In this document: positions 34,654-43,355 of the stretch, piece after piece
Layout: each line of letters begins with the position of its first letter
How positions within the stretch are numbered: the stretch's first letter is position 1
Source of the DNA: an uncultured Anaerolineales bacterium
GTDB taxonomy: Bacteria; Chloroflexota; Anaerolineae; B4-G1; SLSP01
NCBI GenBank assembly: GCA_964612845.1
Contig: CAZTEO010000001.1
Span: 2,933 to 66,932 of the forward strand
Direction of reading: 5' to 3'
Length of the DNA: 64,000 bases
The notes under the pieces: model-generated
What the model saw: the letters and a program-made list of their open reading frames with translations, nothing else
Database searches by the model: none
Told to the model about the DNA's origin: nothing
Translations under genes and position numbers: made by a program

Positions 34654-35496
34654 TTAGTCCAGGTGCGCCTCCAACCAATCTTGCACATCTTGCAGGACTT
34701 TCTCGCGCCCCACTTCGTTGAAGACCTCATGGAGATAACCGGGGTATTCGTGGTGCTCTTTATCCTGGGCACCCACTTGCTCAAAGAAGCGCGCGCTGGC
34801 CTCCGGTGGGCAGATGGGATCGTCCCCGCCATGCACAATCAGCAGGGGTAGATCCGGTTCCCACTCCGACGCGGCTTTCATGGTGCGTTTCATCGTCGTA
34901 TCCATCTGCGCAGCAAAGCGCGGGGTCGCCAACCCATGGACTAAGGGATCATCACGATAAGCCTGGACCACGTCCTCATCATGCGAGAGGCTCTCGGCCT
35001 TAAGCCCTGTCTGCATTTTGACCTTGGGCGCAAAACTTGAGAGCACCTTACCAACGAACATCAGCACCGGCGATACGTCATCGCCTCGACCTAGCGGGGA
35101 ACCAGAGGAAACAACGGCGGTCAGACCGCGTGGATAATGCAGAGCATAATCCAGCACAATCAATGCGCCCATACTGTGCCCCACGAGGAAGAGCGGCACG
35201 TCGGGCGTCTGCTCCTGCACTCTTTCCAAAAAGACGCGTAGATCCTCCCGAAACTCCGCCCAATCATTGATGTGACCCCGTTGACCGGGCGATTGTCCAT
35301 GTCCCCGGTGATCGAGAGCGTAGACAGCATAGCCTTGCGGCACAAACCACGCAGCAAAGTCACGGTAACGCCCGCTGTGTTCGCCAAGACCGTGAATCAT
35401 GGCAATCACCGCTTTTGGTGGAGAATCTGGCAACCAGTACTGCTCGTAGAGTTCTAGATCATCGTGGGTGCGAAAATGACCCGTTTGATGCTGCAT
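34654..35496 (-). CDS. alpha/beta hydrolase (lysophospholipase / monoacylglycerol lipase-like)
   Basis: HGLGEHSGRY, nucleophile elbow GHSMGA, C-terminal HE...F. Start at ATG 35496 (AAGGAG 7 nt upstream). Confidence 0.8.
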   Translation of the reverse strand: MQHQTGHFRTHDDLELYEQYWLPDSPPKAVIAMIHGLGEHSGRYRDFAAWFVPQGYAVYALDHRGHGQSPGQRGHINDWAEFREDLRVFLERVQEQTPDVPLFLVGHSMGALIVLDYALHYPRGLTAVVSSGSPLGRGDDVSPVLMFVGKVLSSFAPKVKMQTGLKAESLSHDEDVVQAYRDDPLVHGLATPRFAAQMDTTMKRTMKAASEWEPDLPLLIVHGGDDPICPPEASARFFEQVGAQDKEHHEYPGYLHEVFNEVGREKVLQDVQDWLEAHLD

Positions 35497-35585
35497 TTCA
35501 TTTCTCCTTCTGTAAACCAATCACATCGAATCAACTCGAAAAGGATAAATGCTATCGTAGCTACATCTGCTTCTATAACAACCCC

Positions 35586-37886
35586 TTAATCCCCCGGCAT
35601 TAAAGGGATAAGGAAACTGAAGGTACTCCCCACGCCCTCGTCGCTCTGCACTTGGACAAGACCATTGTGCATCTCAACAAGGCTGCGGGTAATCACCAGG
35701 CCCAGGCCGGTGCCTTTGACGTCGCGCACTTCGGGCGCATCGGCGCGGAAGAACTTCGTGAAGAGCTTCTCCATCTCTTCGGCGGTCATGCCGATACCGG
35801 TATCCTCCACGCCCCAACGGACGTAGGACTCCCCGTCCAGCTGATATCGCTCGACACGCACAGTGATCTCTCCGCCTTCCGGCGTGTATTTGTTGGCGTT
35901 ACTCAACAAGTTGGTCAACACCTGAACCAGACGCCCACGATCTCCACCCACCGTCGGTAGGTCAGACTGGATATCCACCACCAGCGTCTGCTGTTTGTCG
36001 GCGATAGCCTGCTTGAAAGATTCAATGGCCTCCGTCGCGATCTTCTCCGGTCGCACCGGTCTGATCTCTAGCTTGACCCGTCCCGACTCAATACGCGACA
36101 TATCCAGCAAATCTTGCACCAGCCGGTTCATGCGCTGGACATTAGAACGGATGACATCGATAAACTGGGTCTGCTGTTCGTTCAACGGCCCGCCCAATCC
36201 CCTTTTAAGAAGATCGATATAGCCTTTCATCGACGTCATCGGTTGTTTCAGCTCGTGAGAAACAAAGTCGATAAACTCAGTCTTGGACTGGTTGGCACGC
36301 TGGACTTGCTGGAAAAGGCGTGCGTTATCGATGGCGATCGCCGCATGGTCAACCAATCGGTCGACCAGGCCAATTTCCTCCTTGGAGAAGCAGTCAACGT
36401 CCGGCGATTCCAGGGCGATGACTCCGATAACCCGGTTCTCTCGGCGCACCGGCACACTAAGTTGGACTTCCATCCCAGGCACGATTTCCGCATAATCAGA
36501 ATGTGAGTGGACGTTCTGCACTAACAACGTCTCCCCTTTGATCACGGTCCGTCCCACCAGTCCCTTGTTCAACGACCAGAGCGAGTCCTCAATGTACTGT
36601 CTGACCAGGTTCTCAGGATACCCCTTCGATGCCAGGAACTGAAGCCCGCGCGTACCATCTTCTTCCTCCCGCAGCGCAGCCATCAAGCCGATCTTGGCGC
36701 CGGTGATGCGAATGGCCCAGGAAAGCGTCAGGTCCATGACCTCATGGTAATCCAAGGTAGCATTTAGTTGGCGATCAATGTGTTGCAACGTGGTCAGCTC
36801 TTCGAGACGCGCCTGTAACGCCTGGTCGGTGGTAGTAAAGAGCCGCGCGTTCTCGATGGCTGTGGCGGCTTGCGCAGAAAAAGATTGTAGGAGTTCCACG
36901 TCATCCGCGTGGAAGGGACGGTTATCCCGATGGTTAATGACTTCCAACACCCCGATCGTCCGCCCACGAGCGTTTAAGGGAACGGCTAAAATGGAGCGCG
37001 TGACAAAATCAGCCCGCGAATCGAAGGCGCCATACCACTGCGCATCATGTTCCACATCGCTGACGATAACGGGTTGATTTTCCTCAAAGGCTCTGCCGGC
37101 GATCCCTTTACCCGCAGGCACTCTGCGCCCGATCAACTTATCCGCAGCCGGACCACTGGAGACGCGGAAAACGAGATCGCTGCCGTCATCGTCCAGAAGC
37201 AGTAAGGAACCGGCCTCTGTATCCAAAAGTCTTGCGGCTTGACGCACAACAAGATCAAGCACTTCGTTGATATCCAGACTGGAAGCGAGTAATTTGCCGA
37301 TCTCATTGAGGGTTTTCAACTGCCGGGCGCGCGTCTCCAACCGTTCATGGAGCCGGCGGCGTTCGATGCCCGAGGCCAGATAGGAAGCGACCGTCATCAT
37401 AAAACTCTCGTCCGCTTCTGAGAACTCAGTCTCCGGCTCGTGGTGGCTGATCACCATCACACCAATAGTCTGATCATGCGCCAGAAGCGGGACTCCCATC
37501 CAGGCCTTGGAGGGGTTTTCACCTGCCGGTTCCACGCCACGCGCTTGACACTCATCCAGGTAATCGTCTGTTCGAATGACGACCCCGTTACGAAAGATAA
37601 AACCCGTGAGGCCCTGGTCAACACTCCAAGAGAAATCAGGATGGCTGCGTTTACCATCCTCCACGTAGAAGGAGAAAGTGAACGTCTCCTCTTCAAGATC
37701 AACTAGCGCCAGGTAGAAGTTGGGAGCCGAAACCACCCGCTCAAGTTGCGTGTAGATCAATTCCAGGACATCGTCCAGGGGCATCGTGAAATTCACCCCT
37801 TGAGCAATGAGGTAGAGCGATTTCAGTTCAGCATCACGACGTTGTGCCGCTAGTTCGAATGAAGATGTGACGTTTGTCGGCATCAC
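35586..37886 (-). CDS. multi-GAF sensor histidine kinase
   Basis: Three GAF-like modules, then HisKA (FIDFVSHELKQPMTSM) and HATPase_c (N-box LLSNANKYT, G-boxes DTGIGM and GTGLGL). No TM segment, so it is cytoplasmic. Confidence 0.88.
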   Translation of the reverse strand: MMPTNVTSSFELAAQRRDAELKSLYLIAQGVNFTMPLDDVLELIYTQLERVVSAPNFYLALVDLEEETFTFSFYVEDGKRSHPDFSWSVDQGLTGFIFRNGVVIRTDDYLDECQARGVEPAGENPSKAWMGVPLLAHDQTIGVMVISHHEPETEFSEADESFMMTVASYLASGIERRRLHERLETRARQLKTLNEIGKLLASSLDINEVLDLVVRQAARLLDTEAGSLLLLDDDGSDLVFRVSSGPAADKLIGRRVPAGKGIAGRAFEENQPVIVSDVEHDAQWYGAFDSRADFVTRSILAVPLNARGRTIGVLEVINHRDNRPFHADDVELLQSFSAQAATAIENARLFTTTDQALQARLEELTTLQHIDRQLNATLDYHEVMDLTLSWAIRITGAKIGLMAALREEEDGTRGLQFLASKGYPENLVRQYIEDSLWSLNKGLVGRTVIKGETLLVQNVHSHSDYAEIVPGMEVQLSVPVRRENRVIGVIALESPDVDCFSKEEIGLVDRLVDHAAIAIDNARLFQQVQRANQSKTEFIDFVSHELKQPMTSMKGYIDLLKRGLGGPLNEQQTQFIDVIRSNVQRMNRLVQDLLDMSRIESGRVKLEIRPVRPEKIATEAIESFKQAIADKQQTLVVDIQSDLPTVGGDRGRLVQVLTNLLSNANKYTPEGGEITVRVERYQLDGESYVRWGVEDTGIGMTAEEMEKLFTKFFRADAPEVRDVKGTGLGLVITRSLVEMHNGLVQVQSDEGVGSTFSFLIPLMPGD

Positions 37887-37976
37887 CGATCCTTTACAGT
37901 ATCAACAAAGCTCATTGTAACACGCGCAAGAGGTTGCGCAAGCGAAGCGTTGCTGATAGCTACCTCAAGCCCCGCA

Positions 37977-40535
37977 TCAGCGCAGGGGAAAAGAAGCATG
38001 AGACCCTGACGAGATGGGTATAGCGGTGCCGCGAAATCTTTCGTAAACAACGACTGTAGCCTGCGCCGGTTCGCCGTCCAGCGACGAAAAAGGATGCGGG
38101 TCCAACACGTTGGTGTTTCGCACCACCCACTTGAGCGTCGGGAAGGCGCCGAGGGCCGGTTGTGTATCGTGGACGCCCAGCAAGCCGCCATCGGCATTCA
38201 AGAGCCGGGTACTCACGGCGATGTCCTCGGTCAAGGGGCGGACGCTACGCCAGTGTAGATTGAGGACGTATGTCCCACCACGCTGTCTCCCCTCAGATCC
38301 AACAAGCACCATCGCATTCCCAAAAGGCACATACCGTTCAGCAGGTTGCGCTTTGGGTAAAGGAAAGGCCAGCAAGCGCGCCTGTCGACCGTCAGGGCGC
38401 GCGAAAGAGAGCAGAGGACGCCCATGTTCTCCCAGCAGCGTGGGCACAGCGATAGTCCGGCATTGACCAGGCCAGAGCCGTCCAACGCCGACCTCTCGTT
38501 CTTCCCCTCGAATGAGCAAGGCTTCTCCCGGCCCACAGAGATGCACATAGGCGGTGACCGCCTCATCCCGCACGTCATAATCCACCCCACGCAAAAAGGG
38601 CCCGCGTCCCAACACTACACCGGGATGCACGGTCTCGGTGGGGAGTAGTGGAAAGGTGCAGTCGGACGCCAGAGACGTCAATGGAGCCTCGCCCAGCTCG
38701 TTGAACCCCTCCTCTTCGACCGTGTATACGCCGACGCGCAGCGTCATCTCTGTATAGCAGCGCTCCAGAGGCAACGGCAGCGTCACTGCGGTGAAACGCA
38801 CCTCCCCCAAAGCCGTATCACTTCCCAGGAACTGATCGGCATTGGTCAGAAAATTGCCGTACTCGTCGAAGAGACGGACAGTGAGAGAGGGGGCTGACTC
38901 CTGTGTGCCCACCGCCTGCCACGCCAGCTGCACTTCCAACGGACTGCCGGGACGCCGGTCGCCCCGCAGGCGATAACCAAGCAGACGCACCGGCCCCAGG
39001 TCGGCATCAAGGGGTGCGTAGCCCAGTCCCTCAGGCAACGCCTCCAATGGACGCCGGAACAGTCGATAGCCGCCCCCGACCGGCGCACGCTCCCATTCAG
39101 GCCAGTCGTAGGCATGGGTGGTGTAGACCGGACGGTCGCCAGCGCTTTCTACGCGCTCCCGCCAGACCTCTTCGTAGTCCAACCCCGCCACCGGATAGAC
39201 ATAGGCCACTTCCACGTCGGCGCCCAGCCCCTCGGTCTGCTGCAACACCCACATCGGCGTGGCCCAGCGCCAATCGGCCAAGATCAGCGCATCGGATGGA
39301 GCCTGCGCCAACAGCGGCGCGACGCGCGTTCGCACGCTCTGATCCAACGCCAGCGTCATAAAATCATCGACGTGGAGCGGCAGACGCACCAGGAGCGCAA
39401 CCGGCAAGATACAAGCAGCCAGGCGCAGCGCGGTGGACTTGCGACGTGTCACCCACTGCCAGAACGCAGCCAAGCCTAATCCAAAGGCCAAGACCAGTGG
39501 TATGTAAGCCGGCATGAGATATTCGACAGTCTGTGGCGCGCGGTACGTGATGGTGACAAAAGTGTGCACGATCCATGAAACGAGGAGCGCCACCGCTAAC
39601 CGCCAGCGACGGCGGACTAACCAGCACCAGGCCAGTCCCGCGCCGATTAAGGCCCACGTCGGAAATTGTAACCCAAAAAGGGAGTTCAATAACGGCAGGC
39701 GTAACGCCAGATCGCTCGACGTTGCAAAAGCGAACATATCCCCTGCAAAGCCACGGGCCAGAATATGGAACCAGAAGCCCTGCCAGGTATTGAGCCCCTC
39801 GCCCGCCAACGGAACGTTTTCCATGGCCCCACGGATGGGAATATAGAGCTGCGGTAACAACCAGGACAGCGCCGCCACAGGCACTGCCTTCCACCAGCGG
39901 CGAGGCTGCCAGAACAGGGCCGCATCTACGAGCAGAAGGTAGACCCCCCACCCTATCGCGACGAAGACGAGGGAGGGATGGTGCCCCACGCCCAGACCGA
40001 CAGCCAGCGCCAAACTAAGCAGCGCCGGATCGGTCGCAGCGTGCGTCTCGCCCGCGACCGGGCGCGCCTGGTAGTGCGCTAGGGCGAGAAAGCCCCACGC
40101 AACAAAGAGCAGCGTCGGCATGCGGATGTTTGCCGTGGTCGCCTGGGCCCAGAACGTGGGCGCCGCGCCCAAAAGCAGCGCAGCCCCCAGACCTCCAAGC
40201 AGTGCCGCCGAGCGCGGGACGCTCCAACGCTCGGCCCAACTCCTAACCCCGTCCATGACCAGGACGAGTGTGGTGGCAGCCAGCACCGCACTGAGCAGAT
40301 TGAGCCGAAAGGGCAGAGAGCCCAACGGGATCAGGCGAACCCAGAGTCCGCCGACCAACGTATAGAGTGGATAGCCGGGGGGATGGAGAATGCCCCAGCC
40401 GGCGGCCGCCAACTGAAACTCGCCGCTATCGGCCGGCAGCACGTCGCGGGCCGTGGTCAGCGCGAAGAGCGCCAAAGCCACGACCCAGAGTACCAAACGC
40501 ACGCGGTTGAGACGGCTCATAAAGAGACGCGACAA
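37977..40535 (-). CDS. DUF2723/TMEM260-like polytopic membrane glycosyltransferase-like protein
   Basis: N-terminal ARDVLPADSGEFQLAA...HPPGYPLY motif, more than 10 TM, and a large C-terminal soluble domain. Confidence 0.7.
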   Translation of the reverse strand: MSRLFMSRLNRVRLVLWVVALALFALTTARDVLPADSGEFQLAAAGWGILHPPGYPLYTLVGGLWVRLIPLGSLPFRLNLLSAVLAATTLVLVMDGVRSWAERWSVPRSAALLGGLGAALLLGAAPTFWAQATTANIRMPTLLFVAWGFLALAHYQARPVAGETHAATDPALLSLALAVGLGVGHHPSLVFVAIGWGVYLLLVDAALFWQPRRWWKAVPVAALSWLLPQLYIPIRGAMENVPLAGEGLNTWQGFWFHILARGFAGDMFAFATSSDLALRLPLLNSLFGLQFPTWALIGAGLAWCWLVRRRWRLAVALLVSWIVHTFVTITYRAPQTVEYLMPAYIPLVLAFGLGLAAFWQWVTRRKSTALRLAACILPVALLVRLPLHVDDFMTLALDQSVRTRVAPLLAQAPSDALILADWRWATPMWVLQQTEGLGADVEVAYVYPVAGLDYEEVWRERVESAGDRPVYTTHAYDWPEWERAPVGGGYRLFRRPLEALPEGLGYAPLDADLGPVRLLGYRLRGDRRPGSPLEVQLAWQAVGTQESAPSLTVRLFDEYGNFLTNADQFLGSDTALGEVRFTAVTLPLPLERCYTEMTLRVGVYTVEEEGFNELGEAPLTSLASDCTFPLLPTETVHPGVVLGRGPFLRGVDYDVRDEAVTAYVHLCGPGEALLIRGEEREVGVGRLWPGQCRTIAVPTLLGEHGRPLLSFARPDGRQARLLAFPLPKAQPAERYVPFGNAMVLVGSEGRQRGGTYVLNLHWRSVRPLTEDIAVSTRLLNADGGLLGVHDTQPALGAFPTLKWVVRNTNVLDPHPFSSLDGEPAQATVVVYERFRGTAIPISSGSHASFPLR

Positions 40536-40595
40536 CTCAGTACCCGTAAAACGGTGGGCGCAGGGTGTGGGGCTGCCACTCCGATCCGCCTGGCT

Positions 40596-42599
40596 TCATT
40601 CTGTCATCAAATCCATGGCGCGTTGAGCCACACGCTCGGCGGTGAGGGCGAACTTCTCTTGAATCACCTGATAGGGCGCCGACGCCCCAAAGTGATCGAT
40701 GCCGATGATCGCACCCTGGTCGCCCACATAGCGCTCCCAGCCCAATGGCACGCCAGCCTCCACCGCAATACGCTTCGGCACATCGGGGAGCAGCACGTTG
40801 AGCTTGTAGAAGACAGACTGCTGCTCGAAGAGTTCCCACGACGGCATGCTGACGACCCGCGCTCCGATTCGACGCTCCGCCAGGATGCGCTGAGCCTCAG
40901 TGATCAAGTGAACCTCCGATCCGGTGGCGATAAGGATCAGGTCGGTGCGATCAAGAGGAGAATCGCGAAGGACATACGCGCCCCTGGATACGCCTTCCAT
41001 CGCCTGGACGCGCGTCTCTTCAAAGATGGGTAGTTTCTGACGGCTCAAGATCAATGCAACCGGGCCATCATGATGCAATGCGACCCGCCAGGCAGCCGCG
41101 ACCTCATTGGCGTCGCCGGGGCGCAAAACAATGAGGTCGGGGATGGCTCGCAGCGACATCACGTGCTCTACCGGCTCATGGGTCGGCCCATCTTCGCCCA
41201 CAAAGACCGAGTCATGGGTCCAGACGTAGATAACGGGCGCCTTCATCAGCGCAGCCAGACGTACGGCGGGGCGCATATAATCGGAGAAAACCGTGAACGT
41301 CCCTCCGTAGACCTGCAAGCCGCCATAGAGCGCCATGCCGTTGAGAATTCCCCCCATGCCATGCTCGCGCACGCCGAAGCGGAAATTACGTCCTTCGCGC
41401 ACACCCGGCTGGAACTCAGGGAGTCCAGGCAGATACGTCTTATTGGACGGGGCCAGGTCAGCAGAGCCTCCCATCAACTCTGGGATTACAGAGGCCAGCG
41501 CCCTGAGCGCAGCGCCTGAAGCGGCACGCGTCGCCAGCGGCGCATCCTCAGGAGTGAATTCGGGCAATGCGGCTTCCCAACCAGCGGGCAGCTGCTCGCT
41601 CAACAGACGTTCTAGGCGTTCTGTCTCTTCGGGATAGGCCTTGGCGTAATTCGTAAGCATCTCACGCCATGCGGCTTCCTTCTGTTCACCCTGGGATTTC
41701 GCGACGCGATAGCTGATCAACACCTCTTCAGGTACGTAGAACGGCTCCTGTGACGGCCATCCCAGCGCTTCTTTTGTCACGCGGACTTCTTCCTGCCCCA
41801 AAGGTGAGCCGTGGGCTTTCTCGCTATCCTGCTTGTTGGGGCTGCCGTAAGCAATGTGCGTATGACAGACGATGAGATGCGGCTGGCCCTCTACACGCTG
41901 CGCCTGTTTGATCGCGGCGTCAATAGCATCGACATCATGTCCGTCAATCTCTTGAACGTGCCATCCGTAGGCGCGGAAACGCGCCGGGACGTCCTCAGTG
42001 AAGGTGATGTCCGTATCGCCCTCAATGGAGATTTCGTTGTCATCGTAGAAGTAAATCAGCCGATCTAACTGCTGATGTCCGGCAAAGGACGCAGCCTCGT
42101 GAGAGATACCCTCCATCAGATCGCCGTCGGAGACAACCGCGTAAACGTAATGGTCAAAGATCGGATACCCAGGTCGATTAAACTGCGAGGCCAGATGCGC
42201 CTGCGCAACCGCCATTCCAACGCCGTTGGCAAACCCTTGGCCCAAGGGGCCGGTGGTCGTCTCGATCCCCAACTTTGGCTCATATTCTGGATGTCCTGGC
42301 GTCTTACTGCCCCACTGCCGGAATTGCTTGATATCCTCCATACTCAGAGGATAGCCGGTGAGATAAAGAAGGCTGTAAAGCAACATCGAGCCGTGGCCAG
42401 CGGACAGGACAAAGCGGTCGCGGTTTGGCCACTGCGGGTTTTTTGGATTATGCTTAAGATACCGGGTCCACAACACGTACGCGACATCTGCCATGCCCAT
42501 CGGCATGCCTGGATGGCCCGAATTGGCGTTTTGCACAGCGTCCATCGCGAGCGCACGCAGGGTGTTGATGCTCAGTTGATCAAGCTCAGATTTTGGCAT
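40596..42599 (-). CDS. tkt: transketolase
   Basis: [28 protein letters not shown], the ThDP motif [13 protein letters not shown], 667 aa. Confidence 0.95.
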   Translation of the reverse strand: MPKSELDQLSINTLRALAMDAVQNANSGHPGMPMGMADVAYVLWTRYLKHNPKNPQWPNRDRFVLSAGHGSMLLYSLLYLTGYPLSMEDIKQFRQWGSKTPGHPEYEPKLGIETTTGPLGQGFANGVGMAVAQAHLASQFNRPGYPIFDHYVYAVVSDGDLMEGISHEAASFAGHQQLDRLIYFYDDNEISIEGDTDITFTEDVPARFRAYGWHVQEIDGHDVDAIDAAIKQAQRVEGQPHLIVCHTHIAYGSPNKQDSEKAHGSPLGQEEVRVTKEALGWPSQEPFYVPEEVLISYRVAKSQGEQKEAAWREMLTNYAKAYPEETERLERLLSEQLPAGWEAALPEFTPEDAPLATRAASGAALRALASVIPELMGGSADLAPSNKTYLPGLPEFQPGVREGRNFRFGVREHGMGGILNGMALYGGLQVYGGTFTVFSDYMRPAVRLAALMKAPVIYVWTHDSVFVGEDGPTHEPVEHVMSLRAIPDLIVLRPGDANEVAAAWRVALHHDGPVALILSRQKLPIFEETRVQAMEGVSRGAYVLRDSPLDRTDLILIATGSEVHLITEAQRILAERRIGARVVSMPSWELFEQQSVFYKLNVLLPDVPKRIAVEAGVPLGWERYVGDQGAIIGIDHFGASAPYQVIQEKFALTAERVAQRAMDLMTE

Positions 42600-42662
42600 G
42601 TTAGTCTCCTTGTCTTATGATTTTGAGTCCGTAAAAATATCAAGTATCTGTTTAGTCTTCCA

Positions 42663-42675
42663 AGGTGCAATGCAC
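42663..42675. repeat. half-copy C of the GGTGCAACGCACC family
   Basis: AAGGTGCAATGCACGTTCGC matches the left end of copy B (GAGGTGCAACGCACTTTCGC). No right arm was seen, and the 3' end of the neighbouring gene begins at 42702. Confidence 0.35.
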
Positions 42676-42701
42676 GTTCGCTGAAGATCACAGCTTCGTA
42701 G

Positions 42702-43355
42702 TTAATCCGCCACGTCGGCCAATACCTGGAGCGCCACCGTGACGCGCCGGGGGCGATCTTCGGTCAACAATTCCAGGGACGCCCACTGCTGTGCTAATTC
42801 AGAGAGTCGGCGGCTAGAAATGCGTTCGTTGAAGACCTCGTACAGCCTATCCAGATGGAACGCGCCATCCAGATCCGTCATAGCGTAATCCACCAGCGTC
42901 TGTTCCAGCGCACTGAGTGCAGGGAACGCGGCAGGCGGTCGAATCTGTGGCGCGATGACGGACGCTCGAATCATCTCTAGCCAGAGCACAGCATCCTCAA
43001 TCAAGTACCCCATCTGGAAGTAGAGACGGTTTGACCACTCGGCCTCACCATCCAGGTCGTGGATAAAGGGGGGTGAAGTCGTCACGGTCCCATACGCGGC
43101 AAAGGGAAAATCCGCCGCATTGAAGACGCCCACATTGGGTGAGGTTGCTTCCGCCCGTAACAGATTCCAACGCTGCTCAGTGGCAGTATACTCCAGTACA
43201 AAAGTCACCAGCAGACCGCCGGGTAGCTGCCAGTACCATGCCGCGCCAATCCGCCCCTTGTAGCCGGGGGCGTGCTCCCCAATCGCATCCAAGATTTGAT
43301 CGGTCAACGCCAGCGCTTCAAACGACGGATAGAACTTCGCCATTGATCTCCTCAC
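42702..43355 (-). CDS. hypothetical protein (no family recognised)
   Basis: 217 aa with a 4-nt overlap with the upstream CCA-enzyme gene. No motifs recognised. Confidence 0.55.
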   Translation of the reverse strand: MRRSMAKFYPSFEALALTDQILDAIGEHAPGYKGRIGAAWYWQLPGGLLVTFVLEYTATEQRWNLLRAEATSPNVGVFNAADFPFAAYGTVTTSPPFIHDLDGEAEWSNRLYFQMGYLIEDAVLWLEMIRASVIAPQIRPPAAFPALSALEQTLVDYAMTDLDGAFHLDRLYEVFNERISSRRLSELAQQWASLELLTEDRPRRVTVALQVLADVAD

